Shown here: positions 17,427 through 26,037 of the stretch, piece after piece
How positions within the stretch are numbered: position 1 is the stretch's first letter
How the letters are laid out: each line of letters starts with the position of its first letter
IMG/VR virus record: IMGVR_UViG_3300025849_000101
Coordinates: 1-35,824 of that record
Length of the DNA: 35,824 nt
Source: a virus
Lineage: Duplodnaviria; Caudoviricetes
Direction: 5' to 3' (one strand)
The notes under the pieces: generated by a model
Told to the model about the DNA's origin: nothing
Databases searched by the model: none
What the model saw: only the letters and a program-made list of their open reading frames with translations
Position numbers and translations under genes: made by a program

Positions 17427-17676
17427 TTGCTTTGCTCTCGATTACTTTTTTAAGTCCTCGTTTAAACTTTTGAGGATCACCTGATTTTATTGAATTAATG
17501 AACCTACGTTCTAATTCGCCTGCTGTTTGTTCATTATAAGTATTACTAATTCTATTTAATAGATTGATTGCACTCTCAATAATATTGCTTCCACTGGATT
17601 CAATTAAGTGATCGTTACTTATTGCTCGATCAAGATTGTTTAATTCTTGTAATATACTTCTTGTACGTTTTTTCAT
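17416..17676 (-). CDS. conserved phage hypothetical protein
   Basis: First gene of the operon; GGAG SD; late promoter at about 17696. Confidence 0.75.
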   Translation of the reverse strand: MKKRTRSILQELNNLDRAISNDHLIESSGSNIIESAINLLNRISNTYNEQTAGELERRFINSIKSGDPQKFKRGLKKVIESKANDQ

Positions 17677-17755
17677 TTAATCTACTCCGTTAATGTATTT
17701 AGTTTATCTAAACTATAAATACACATACAATGAGGGCAATAACTTAGGGGGTAAC

Positions 17756-18541
17756 ATGTCGATAACAAAGATGTTGTTTGCTGAACGGTCATTATTGTTT
17801 GCGAAGCTATCTAGCATTGCTTATAATAGTAACATCAAAGAAGTAAAAAAGCAAGTAAAAAAATTAGGATTTACTACTGTTGAGTTCTATAACAAAGAAG
17901 GCGCACAAGCATATCGCTTTATGAACAAAGAAGATTTGGTTATTGCCTGTCGAGGAACACAACCAACAGAGTTTAATGACATTAGTGCAGATCTAAAAGC
18001 ATTTCCGGTTGTAGCTGAAACAATTAGTAGGGTACACAGAGGATTTAAAGCAGAAGTAGACGAACTTTGGCCAATGGTGTGTGAAGATATTTCAAGAACA
18101 GTTAATACAAATAAGAAACTTTGGTTCTGTGGACATAGCTTAGGTGCCGCAATGGCAACTATCATGGCTAATCGTTGTGAATGTGACTCAGTACTAACTA
18201 ACCCACAAGAGCTTTATACTTACGGTAGTCCAAGAGTAGGCTGGCCAGCCTACGTAGATAGTTTTAGTACTATACATCATAGATGGAAGAACAATAACGA
18301 CATTGTCACTACTGTACCTTTTAACATTATGGGCTATTATCACTGTGGCGAACTACATTACCTAAATGCTTATGGCAACTATAGAAAGCCTACTGGTTGG
18401 CAATTGTTTAAAGATAAGTTACGTGGTATGTGGATAGGTATCAAGAAGGGTAAGATTGATAACTTTTCAGATCATGATATCGGGTTATACATTGCATATT
18501 TAGAAATGTATGCAAGCGGCAAAGAAAACAGTCAAAGTTAA
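17756..18541 (+). CDS. lipase class 3
   Basis: RGT, VHRGF, GHSLG nucleophile elbow, TYGSPRVG, NNDIV, DH; TATAAATA at 17714-17721. Confidence 0.9.
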   Translation: MSITKMLFAERSLLFAKLSSIAYNSNIKEVKKQVKKLGFTTVEFYNKEGAQAYRFMNKEDLVIACRGTQPTEFNDISADLKAFPVVAETISRVHRGFKAEVDELWPMVCEDISRTVNTNKKLWFCGHSLGAAMATIMANRCECDSVLTNPQELYTYGSPRVGWPAYVDSFSTIHHRWKNNNDIVTTVPFNIMGYYHCGELHYLNAYGNYRKPTGWQLFKDKLRGMWIGIKKGKIDNFSDHDIGLYIAYLEMYASGKENSQS

Positions 18542-18810
18542 TCGCCAGCGTAGATGTTTGACGATCCTGTTGATATTGGATGTCCACAACTAGTACCGTC
18601 GCCTTTTCTTGCAACTGGTCTATCCTCTGCTATAACATTAGCACAATAACCAATTATAACACTAGCTGTATGTTGCCCACCGGGAACATGTGGCGCAATA
18701 AGATCACCTTCTGTAGCAATCGGACGATCATTAGCAATAACACTAAGACGCCCTGTGCGTATTAATCCTACAGCAATATCCTTTTCTTTTCTTGCTACTT
18801 TAGCTCCCAT
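18538..18810 (-). CDS. PAAR-domain spike tip protein (gp5.4-like)
   Basis: VAR..D, PIATEGD, PH...H, PVARKGD..CGH. Confidence 0.88.
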   Translation of the reverse strand: MGAKVARKEKDIAVGLIRTGRLSVIANDRPIATEGDLIAPHVPGGQHTASVIIGYCANVIAEDRPVARKGDGTSCGHPISTGSSNIYAGD

Positions 18811-18814
18811 AAAT

Positions 18815-19681
18815 TTATCCTTGAATGCCTTCTACCCCTGATGGCTCTGTCCACTCAGGCGGTTCTTGACCTGCATCTCTAATTGCATTATCTGATACAG
18901 CTTTTGAAACATCTCCCATTGCATTTTTTAAAACTATTGCGCCAGCTTCTGTATCAATTGCATTTCTAATATTAGATACAATGTAGTTTGTAACAAATCC
19001 TTGTATTTGTATTGCTGAATTCATAATCTTTAAAGGAAGTGCATAGTCTGGAAAGGTCCCAGTTACAGTAGCTTGTATAGGTGAAAATGTTGGGGTTGCA
19101 GCTTCTGGGCCAACACCGGGTACAAACACATTTGGTGTGATGCCAACCTGCGGTGTAACTTTTAGAAACTGAAACGACTCTGAAACACTACCTAATGCGT
19201 CTGCTCCTGTAGCTAAGCCTGATAGTAATCCGGTTTCAGTAATTCCTGCCCCTAACTCATTAAGAGTAGTTGCTGGTGGATTTTCTGGCACAGGTACAGG
19301 TTCGTTGTTCTCTTCTAATGCTGTTTTTATTACTTCATAATGATAAGGATCTAATTCATCTTTAATTGTTATGCCGCCTTTTGGGCTAGTTATTGTCTGT
19401 AATGCAATAGCTAACTCTACCATTGCCAAAGAATTCTGTGCCATATTTACGGCTATCTCGCCAAACTCTTTAGAATTATTAGGAACATTTAATGTAATTG
19501 TACCGTTATGATATGCCGGAAAAGGTCCTGCTACGCTAGGATAATCTTCTGGTACACCTATACTTATAACTACTGGTGTTGTTGCTAGACCTGTTAATCC
19601 TGCCGCTCCTCCTACCCAATCTAATCCAACAGCATCTGCAGCACTGCCAAGTAACTTGGCGCCTCCGCTTACTATTCCCAT
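18815..19681 (-). CDS. hypothetical virion/baseplate-associated protein with an internal duplication
   Basis: Co-transcribed with PAAR; halves resemble each other (GGITIKD vs GAIVLKN, EPVP vs EPPE). Confidence 0.6.
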   Translation of the reverse strand: MGIVSGGAKLLGSAADAVGLDWVGGAAGLTGLATTPVVISIGVPEDYPSVAGPFPAYHNGTITLNVPNNSKEFGEIAVNMAQNSLAMVELAIALQTITSPKGGITIKDELDPYHYEVIKTALEENNEPVPVPENPPATTLNELGAGITETGLLSGLATGADALGSVSESFQFLKVTPQVGITPNVFVPGVGPEAATPTFSPIQATVTGTFPDYALPLKIMNSAIQIQGFVTNYIVSNIRNAIDTEAGAIVLKNAMGDVSKAVSDNAIRDAGQEPPEWTEPSGVEGIQG

Positions 19682-19754
19682 CTATTATCTCCGTTGTTTG
19701 TTATTACTATCATTATTTATCTGGATAATTAGTAGATATTAAAAAAAAGTCAAG

Positions 19755-19785
19755 AAAAAAGGTAATGCCGTTGTACACTACCTTT
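19755..19785 (-). terminator. intrinsic terminator after the permease
   Basis: AAAGGTAGTG/CATTACCTTT followed by T's. Confidence 0.65.
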
Positions 19786-19793
19786 CTAATATA

Positions 19794-20753
19794 TTAAAGT
19801 CCGTTTGGTACTATAACATAGTGTATCATTAATACTACTCCAACTGATGCGCCTAAGCCAATCATCATCTTGAAGAAGTCTTTGGTGACCAACGGAAATA
19901 CTGTCTTGAACTTTTCCTTGCCTGTCATTGTTGCCATAGCAAGTTCACGTCCACATAGTAGTCCTACGAACACCCACGTTGTTGACATAGGTATATCGTT
20001 TAGTTCTTTAAAGAAGAATAAGATCAACCAGTACACGCCATCAATGATGGTTGCTGAACGCACATATCTTGTGTTGTGTTTTTCTAGTACAATCTTTTGG
20101 ATCTTACCACCACCCTCTCTAAACATAAATGCAAGTCCTACAACAAACACAACGCTCACTAGGATCATTAGGTCCCATGGAACTTGTCTTGGAAGGAACA
20201 CAGCAATGTTTGCCATGTCATGACTTAGCCAAGTAAACCACAGGAAGCCTGTTGTTACCCATTGTGCTATTCGCCACGCTTTCTTATGTTGTTCTTTAAC
20301 AGGCTTTGCTTCGTCAAGTAGTTTAGTAACTCCTATCCAAATAATGTATGCCGCGACTGCCGCGACAGCATAGCCCATCATGCTTTTCATCAACATCTTT
20401 TCTAGCACAAAAGTACTTGCAAAAGCACTCAACACTAGAAAGGAAGTTGATACCGGTACACCTATTCGTGTAAGTATTAATAGTAGGCCCGGTGCCATAG
20501 CATGATACCATTGTATCTCTTGAAACGGTATTTTGTTTAGTCGTCCATAACTAATATCTCCACCGTTGGTATACCAACCATACCAAAGTGTATACAGTAG
20601 AACAGCCGAAGCCGCTCCCCACATCACTTTCCAATTAAATTTTTCGTTATTACTTGCGATCCATGTACCTAGTGTTTGTACGGAATCATTTGCGATAACT
20701 GCGTAACCTGCGAACAGGAACCCAACAGCCATCCATAGGGTGAGTGCGTCCAT
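19794..20753 (-). CDS. PiT/PHO4-like inorganic phosphate (or other anion) permease
   Basis: About 10 TM segments; duplicated signature ANDSVQ/SHDMAN and PVSTS/PMSTT; AGGAG SD before MDALTL. Confidence 0.65.
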   Translation of the reverse strand: MDALTLWMAVGFLFAGYAVIANDSVQTLGTWIASNNEKFNWKVMWGAASAVLLYTLWYGWYTNGGDISYGRLNKIPFQEIQWYHAMAPGLLLILTRIGVPVSTSFLVLSAFASTFVLEKMLMKSMMGYAVAAVAAYIIWIGVTKLLDEAKPVKEQHKKAWRIAQWVTTGFLWFTWLSHDMANIAVFLPRQVPWDLMILVSVVFVVGLAFMFREGGGKIQKIVLEKHNTRYVRSATIIDGVYWLILFFFKELNDIPMSTTWVFVGLLCGRELAMATMTGKEKFKTVFPLVTKDFFKMMIGLGASVGVVLMIHYVIVPNGL

Positions 20754-20848
20754 TATTATTTCTCCTCTGCTTGATGTCTTTACCACATCGCTCACATAAT
20801 AAGACAGGGCTCAACGTTGCCCTGCTCGGAACAGAATGTTCCTACTTC

Positions 20849-20899
20849 TATTTATAGTAACATCATTAATCTGTATGTCAAATGGTTTCTATATAAATA
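20849..20899. promoter_or_regulatory. back-to-back late promoters
   Basis: TATAAATA on minus (20849-20856) and plus (20892-20899). Confidence 0.7.
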
Positions 20900-20988
20900 G
20901 TACGGCAAGATATGTTCTCGACCTGAGTCGTTGGTAACACAACGGGCGTTCGCCTTACAAAACATCATTACATTTTATGGAGAAAACA

Positions 20989-21174
20989 ATGATCAATATA
21001 GCAGATAGCATTGGTCGTGTAATGATGGCTGCGGTCACATTACCTCGATCAAAAAACACTAAAAGTGGTGTGGAAGAATATGTAAAAACAGAATTCCACA
21101 AAGATGACCAAGCATACGTTTTAATGTGTATGAACACAGGACGTAGAGTAGATATTAAAAACATCACAGTATAA
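20989..21174 (+). CDS. small hypothetical protein
   Basis: GGAG SD before MINIAD; hairpin follows at 21180-21203. Confidence 0.7.
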   Translation: MINIADSIGRVMMAAVTLPRSKNTKSGVEEYVKTEFHKDDQAYVLMCMNTGRRVDIKNITV

Positions 21175-21456
21175 TATAATAGGGTGCGTTTAGGCGCACC
21201 CTATCCCTACAAGTGTTGCTTGTAGAGCATGACAGCCTTTACAAAAAAGCGGTAGACTTTTTTAAAAGCATACGTTATTATAATATAAATAGTGTTGTAA
21301 TAGGACAGTGTCACTGTACTATTTCTTACTAACAAGCGACTTCGGCTTGTAAAAAAAGAAGGGCATTTCCTATGCCATACAAAGGTGACGCCGGAAGAGA
21401 CCGGGGTACGTGACGAACCTTAGAAATCACACACACATATACATAAAGGATATAAA

Positions 21457-21705
21457 ATGACTACACTAACGATGGCGGCCGACTCAATCGGTCTACCAGG
21501 TCTTGCGAACTGGTTCAAAAAAATAAACGCAAAAATGGCTCACCGAGCAAAAGTAAAACAAACAATTAGAGAACTTTCAAGACTTTCAACACACGAACTA
21601 AATGATATTGGTATTGCTCCTGGCGATATCTATAACATTGCAAACGGTGACGAAACTCTAAAACGTTCTGTAACTGTAAACAAGAAATTAGAAGGATGGG
21701 TGTAA
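21457..21705 (+). CDS. DUF1127 (YjiS-like) small protein
   Basis: R...QTIRELSRLSTHELNDIGI...DI motif. Confidence 0.85.
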   Translation: MTTLTMAADSIGLPGLANWFKKINAKMAHRAKVKQTIRELSRLSTHELNDIGIAPGDIYNIANGDETLKRSVTVNKKLEGWV

Positions 21706-21911
21706 TGACTGTAGCAACAATGACACACTCAACTTGGGATTATACTTGTAAAGTATGTAAAGTTATCCGTAACGCACTAGCGATTGCCTTTGTAGGCGTT
21801 ATTGCATTTGGTGAATCAGCAGGTAGAGCAAGAGCTGCTGCTGAACTATCAAGAATGGGATTGCACGATGAAGCCAAAGCATTAATGCTTAGTCCAAAGG
21901 ATTATTCATAA
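21705..21911 (+). CDS. small DUF1127-related protein
   Basis: RARAAAELSRMG..DEA; TAATG coupling. Confidence 0.7.
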   Translation: MTVATMTHSTWDYTCKVCKVIRNALAIAFVGVIAFGESAGRARAAAELSRMGLHDEAKALMLSPKDYS

Positions 21912-22048
21912 TGTGGAAAAGATTTATAAAGGCAATGGACTATAGAGCTTATTGTATGGCTATGAAAGAATTACGTAACCACGGTATGTATAAAGAAGCA
22001 ATGGAAGTCGCAGAGTTAAAAAATAAGCTCTACGATAAACACGCATAA
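21911..22048 (+). CDS. 45-aa protein related to the preceding ORF
   Basis: MWKRFIKAMDYRAYCMAMKELRNHGMYKEAMEVAELKNKLYDKHA; TAATG coupling. Confidence 0.7.
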   Translation: MWKRFIKAMDYRAYCMAMKELRNHGMYKEAMEVAELKNKLYDKHA

Positions 22049-22101
22049 TGTGGCCTTACACAGACGAAGAGTCTGACTTCTTAAATAGGAAAGCCAAATG
22101 A
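22048..22101 (+). CDS. 17-aa micro-ORF
   Basis: MWPYTDEESDFLNRKAK; coupled at both ends (TAATG, ATGA). Confidence 0.55.
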   Translation: MWPYTDEESDFLNRKAK

Positions 22102-22265
22102 AGACTAATCCTAATCCCCTAGTAAAGATTATTACAAGGTTGAGAATGTTCTATGCAGATGCACGTGGTCACCACGGTAAACGCTGGAATTACGAACCCG
22201 GAGATAATTACTTAGGAATGCGGAAAAGTAAGAAATGGAAACAAAAGCACCATGAAGCCAAATGA
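22098..22265 (+). CDS. 55-aa basic protein
   Basis: MKTNPNPLVKIITRLRMFYADARGHHGKRWNYEPG...; ATGA coupling. Confidence 0.65.
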   Translation: MKTNPNPLVKIITRLRMFYADARGHHGKRWNYEPGDNYLGMRKSKKWKQKHHEAK

Positions 22266-22431
22266 AAACTTCAAACTAAACGTAAAAGAATTAGAGCTTG
22301 TTGAACAAGCTCTTCTTCTACTTCAAACTACTTCTGATACTACAGTTAAACGAGACATACAAGATCTACGTGCTAAGTTTTATCATCAAAAAGTTTGGTA
22401 CAGACCAAAAACTACATACGTTAGCGGTTGA
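22252..22431 (+). CDS. 59-aa hypothetical protein
   Basis: MKPNENFKLNVKELELVEQAL...HQKVWYRPK. Confidence 0.7.
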   Translation: MKPNENFKLNVKELELVEQALLLLQTTSDTTVKRDIQDLRAKFYHQKVWYRPKTTYVSG

Positions 22432-22494
22432 CAAACATAAATAAGTTTGTTACATTAGTAACACTACACACATACACACACAAGGAGAAATATT

Positions 22495-22806
22495 ATGTCA
22501 GTAGATACAAAATACGGCGAAGCCATCTTTAAGCAAACTCAGGAAGTTGCTGAAATGTTCAAAGCGGCGATGCCAAAAATCACAACAAATAAAAATGATG
22601 AAATCCGCACCAAGGTTCTAGAGATGGCACAGAATAATATTTGGCAAGATTACCATGCCAAGTTAGGACAGTTTGAAACTACTGTTGCCAAAGAAGGTGA
22701 TGAAGTAGTAACAACTGTTGCACTTCCGGAAGTACCTGGAGCAGATGCTGTACTAGAAGCGGCTGAGAAGTTTTACGAGTTCGTAAACGGCAAGCCTAGT
22801 AAATAA
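22495..22806 (+). CDS. conserved T4-like phage hypothetical protein
   Basis: EIR..VLEMA ... AEKFYEFV; AGGAG SD. Confidence 0.75.
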   Translation: MSVDTKYGEAIFKQTQEVAEMFKAAMPKITTNKNDEIRTKVLEMAQNNIWQDYHAKLGQFETTVAKEGDEVVTTVALPEVPGADAVLEAAEKFYEFVNGKPSK

Positions 22807-22856
22807 TAATAAAGAGTTATTCAGGACATAGTCCGGTGATACATTAAAGTAGTAGC

Positions 22857-22888
22857 AAGCCCTAGCATTGGAAACAGTGTTAGGGCTT
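22857..22888. terminator. hairpin between convergent genes
   Basis: AAGCCCTAGCATTG-GAAA-CAGTGTTAGGGCTT. Confidence 0.75.
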
Positions 22889-22894
22889 AATCTT

Positions 22895-23629
22895 TTATAC
22901 TTCGCTGTTATCTACGAGTAGGATATCAAACGCGGCTGTAAGTCGTGCATTGTTACTACGAACGGTTGCTCTAACATCAATGTCAGACTTTTCTGGGATT
23001 GGAATCGGAAATGCAAAGTCATATAGATACTGTCCGCCTGCACCAGATACCTCAAAAGTATGTCCTACTCTAAATGTATCTTGTCCAAAGTATCGTACCA
23101 TCATATCACCTGTTGCATCGGCACCGGTTTGAACTGTAGCTGTGCCTTGACACAAGTATCCTGTCTTACCTGCCGGAACAGTATATACTGCCATCAGTGT
23201 TTGTCCTTTGCCTGCTGTAATGCAAGCAACTGTAGTGCCGCCTGCGGCACCTGCTTCAATGTCAATTTTGCCTGTGTTTGTTGCTCCGCCTGCTGAGCAA
23301 AATGCTCTATTGACTCGTTTGAACAATACAGTTCCTAACGTGTTAGCACCGTTTATTACAATAGTGTCTTCTACTGGGTTGTAGTCAGCATCCAACCCTT
23401 GTACTGTAATAGTATGTCCTTCATCTGCTAGATCATTACGTACTACATTTACTACTGCTGGAGTGTCTAATGCTGTCCAAGGATAAAGTGTATCACTGAC
23501 GTCCCATACCGTTCCTATAGTATTTTGTGACATTGCAGGGACAGCACCGAACTTGTGATTGAATGTGTGATCGGAGATATAGCCTCCGCTTACCATCATA
23601 TCAAAGTGATAGTGTTTACGATTTGCCAT
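22895..23629 (-). CDS. beta-rich hypothetical virion protein
   Basis: HKFG..., YTVPAGK motifs; late operon. Confidence 0.7.
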   Translation of the reverse strand: MANRKHYHFDMMVSGGYISDHTFNHKFGAVPAMSQNTIGTVWDVSDTLYPWTALDTPAVVNVVRNDLADEGHTITVQGLDADYNPVEDTIVINGANTLGTVLFKRVNRAFCSAGGATNTGKIDIEAGAAGGTTVACITAGKGQTLMAVYTVPAGKTGYLCQGTATVQTGADATGDMMVRYFGQDTFRVGHTFEVSGAGGQYLYDFAFPIPIPEKSDIDVRATVRSNNARLTAAFDILLVDNSEV

Positions 23630-23856
23630 TAACTAGCCCAAGGTCTGCCTTGCTTGAGGCCGCCGGTGTTAGCATTATCGATAAGACTGTTGTCTGCCGC
23701 ATACTTAGTAGGCAGTTGATTGATGTCTGCTGTAGTGTCAGCATAGCGTCCTGGCTCTACCACATTACGAGCCGCTCTGTCTGCATTTGCAAGAGCAAGT
23801 TTTGCTTCTTGTCTAAGTTTCTTGTTTGCTAGTGTTGATATACCGTTAGCTGCCAT
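23629..23856 (-). CDS. small hypothetical virion-associated protein
   Basis: MAANGIST...LPTKY...GRPW; TAATG coupling. Confidence 0.7.
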   Translation of the reverse strand: MAANGISTLANKKLRQEAKLALANADRAARNVVEPGRYADTTADINQLPTKYAADNSLIDNANTGGLKQGRPWAS

Positions 23857-24134
23857 TATCCATTCTCCCTTGGATCTTTTACTCTAATATCGTGTGGATG
23901 TTTAGGACCGTTTACTCCGCCGCCTGCAAGTGTTGTAACTGCATCGACATCTGCAACAACTTCATTAGGTGTATTAGAATAAGGTCCAGTACTATCACTA
24001 TCAAGTATTGCCATTATTTGTTTAAAACGAGATGCGATCGGCTCGCTTTCCTCAGCGCCACATGTGCTATCTGGTATTTCTTCTGACTTATCTATTAAAT
24101 CAAGTACAGCTCTAATAATGTCTTGCGCTCGCAT
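23856..24134 (-). CDS. hypothetical protein
   Basis: AGGAG SD; late promoter at about 24152. Confidence 0.7.
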   Translation of the reverse strand: MRAQDIIRAVLDLIDKSEEIPDSTCGAEESEPIASRFKQIMAILDSDSTGPYSNTPNEVVADVDAVTTLAGGGVNGPKHPHDIRVKDPRENG

Positions 24135-24172
24135 TTGCTTCTCCTATACTCTATTTATGCGTAAATAGCTGC

Positions 24173-24841
24173 ATGGATAAAGAAGTTCTTGGTACTATTG
24201 AGCGTTATAAAAAGCCAGTGTATATTGGTGACTTAGATTTCTCTCATCCTAGAGTAATTGGTATGATTGAATATGTTCAAAAATTATTTCTAAATGCGCC
24301 AGCGCATCATTTTATTGGAACATTTTTATACTTCTATTATATTGCACCTAAATTAAAAAGTCCTATTACAATTAGTGCTTACGGTGATAGTATAACTACT
24401 CATCCTGGTCAAGGCAGGCTATTAGGAAGCTATTTTAGACAAGATAAAACTATACCTGCGTTATTAATACCATTACATTCATCAAAAACAGAGATAGAAT
24501 TGTTAGATGCTATTTCAAATAATAAGAAAAGTTTTAAAAATAAAGTATTTTCTTATAATAATAAAAATCATCATGGGATTAGTACTACTGAATTTAAAAA
24601 ATACTTTCATCCTACACAAGACAGAATAGATTATGAACTAGAGAAAGATTCTTTAGTTAATGATATGTTGAACAAGCATGGTAGAATTAAATGGAACATT
24701 AAAGATAGAGATTCTATTAGCCTAGGCGAAGGTAAAAAAATAAAAGTAAATATAACATGTGACGTAGAAGGATTTTACCATAGCGTATTCTACCTTGCAT
24801 TCAACCATTATAAAGAAAGTAAGAAGTTTAAAATATTATGA
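24173..24841 (+). CDS. AT-rich hypothetical protein
   Basis: 222-aa ORF, ATGA-coupled to hemA. Confidence 0.7.
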   Translation: MDKEVLGTIERYKKPVYIGDLDFSHPRVIGMIEYVQKLFLNAPAHHFIGTFLYFYYIAPKLKSPITISAYGDSITTHPGQGRLLGSYFRQDKTIPALLIPLHSSKTEIELLDAISNNKKSFKNKVFSYNNKNHHGISTTEFKKYFHPTQDRIDYELEKDSLVNDMLNKHGRIKWNIKDRDSISLGEGKKIKVNITCDVEGFYHSVFYLAFNHYKESKKFKIL

Positions 24842-26037
24842 CAATAGACAAAACCCTATTCCATGAAAAGATAAAGCAATTAAAACAGGAAGGCAAGTAC
24901 CGTGTATTCAATGATATACTACGCGAGCGCGGAAAGTTTCCTAAAGCTATTTGGTATGGACCTTATAACATCAAAGAGATTGTAAACTGGTGTTCAAATG
25001 ATTATCTTGGAATGGGACAAAATTCTGTTGTCATTGATGCAATGCACACAGCATTGAATCAAACAGGTGCTGGTAGTGGAGGCACTCGCAACATTGGAGG
25101 AACTTCACACTATCACGTTGCGCTTGAACATGAATTAGCATCATTGCATAGCAAAGAAGGATCGCTATTGTACAGTTCAGCGTATGTCGCAAATGAGTGG
25201 ACGCTCATCTCCTTAAAACAAATCGTTACCGACATTGTGTTTTTAAGTGATTCAAAGAATCACGCCAGTCTCATTCAAGGTATAAGACACAGTGGTGCTG
25301 ACAAACTGATATGGACGCACAACGACATGGGAGATCTCGAGGATAAACTAAAAGAAGTAGCCTTAACTGGCGGTACACCTTGTATCGTCTTTGAGTCTGT
25401 GTATAGCATGGATGGTGATGTCTCTCCTATCCAAGAGATTTGCGATCTAGCTACCAAGTATGGGGCAATGACATATATTGATGAGGTTCACGCCGTAGGC
25501 TTATATGGTGAACAGGGAGCAGGTTATTTAGAAAAACTAGGTCTGCAACATCAAGTCGACATTGTAAACGGTACGCTAGGTAAAGCCTTTGGTGTTACTG
25601 GTGGATATATAGCAGCGGATGCAGTCATTATTGACGCTATCCGTTCTGTAGCATCTGGCTTTATTTTTACTACTAGTCTTAGCCCTGTACTTTGTGCAGG
25701 TGCTTTGGCTAGTGTTAAATATTTAAGAGATCATCCACAGCTTAGAGACGAACATCAAGCTAGAACACGTAAATTAAAGAATATGCTAAAAGATAGGGGT
25801 ATAGAAGTCCACGAGGATGCTTGTACCCATATCGTTCCTGTTATGATCAGGGATGCATTTAAATGTAAAGAAATAAGCGATACTTTACTTAATGAATATG
25901 GTATCTATATTCAACCAATAAACTTCCCTACTGTCGCTGAAGGGACTGAACGACTTAGAATAGCACCGACTCCATATCATAATGATGCGATGTTGGCTGA
26001 CTTAGTCAACGCACTGAAGGAGGTGCTTAATATATGA
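24838..26037 (+). CDS. hemA: 5-aminolevulinate synthase
   Basis: [33 protein letters not shown] (PLP Lys), FIFTTS, ERLRI. Confidence 0.95.
   Translation: MTIDKTLFHEKIKQLKQEGKYRVFNDILRERGKFPKAIWYGPYNIKEIVNWCSNDYLGMGQNSVVIDAMHTALNQTGAGSGGTRNIGGTSHYHVALEHELASLHSKEGSLLYSSAYVANEWTLISLKQIVTDIVFLSDSKNHASLIQGIRHSGADKLIWTHNDMGDLEDKLKEVALTGGTPCIVFESVYSMDGDVSPIQEICDLATKYGAMTYIDEVHAVGLYGEQGAGYLEKLGLQHQVDIVNGTLGKAFGVTGGYIAADAVIIDAIRSVASGFIFTTSLSPVLCAGALASVKYLRDHPQLRDEHQARTRKLKNMLKDRGIEVHEDACTHIVPVMIRDAFKCKEISDTLLNEYGIYIQPINFPTVAEGTERLRIAPTPYHNDAMLADLVNALKEVLNI

Noticed and set aside
16830-17852. Other in-frame A_AAA_AAG heptamers (NTase about 16830, lipase about 17845)
   Set aside because: No properly spaced downstream hairpin seen; in the lipase the -1 frame closes within about 12 codons; expected by chance in AT-rich DNA
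20860-20880. Possible Pho box near the permease promoter
   Set aside because: Only a partial match (about 12/18) in AT-rich DNA, and oriented away from the permease
22091-22266. 12-bp direct repeat AAGCCAAATGAA flanking the 55-aa ORF, suggesting a target-site duplication
   Set aside because: Removing the segment does not restore an in-frame junction with the next gene; no mobile-element features
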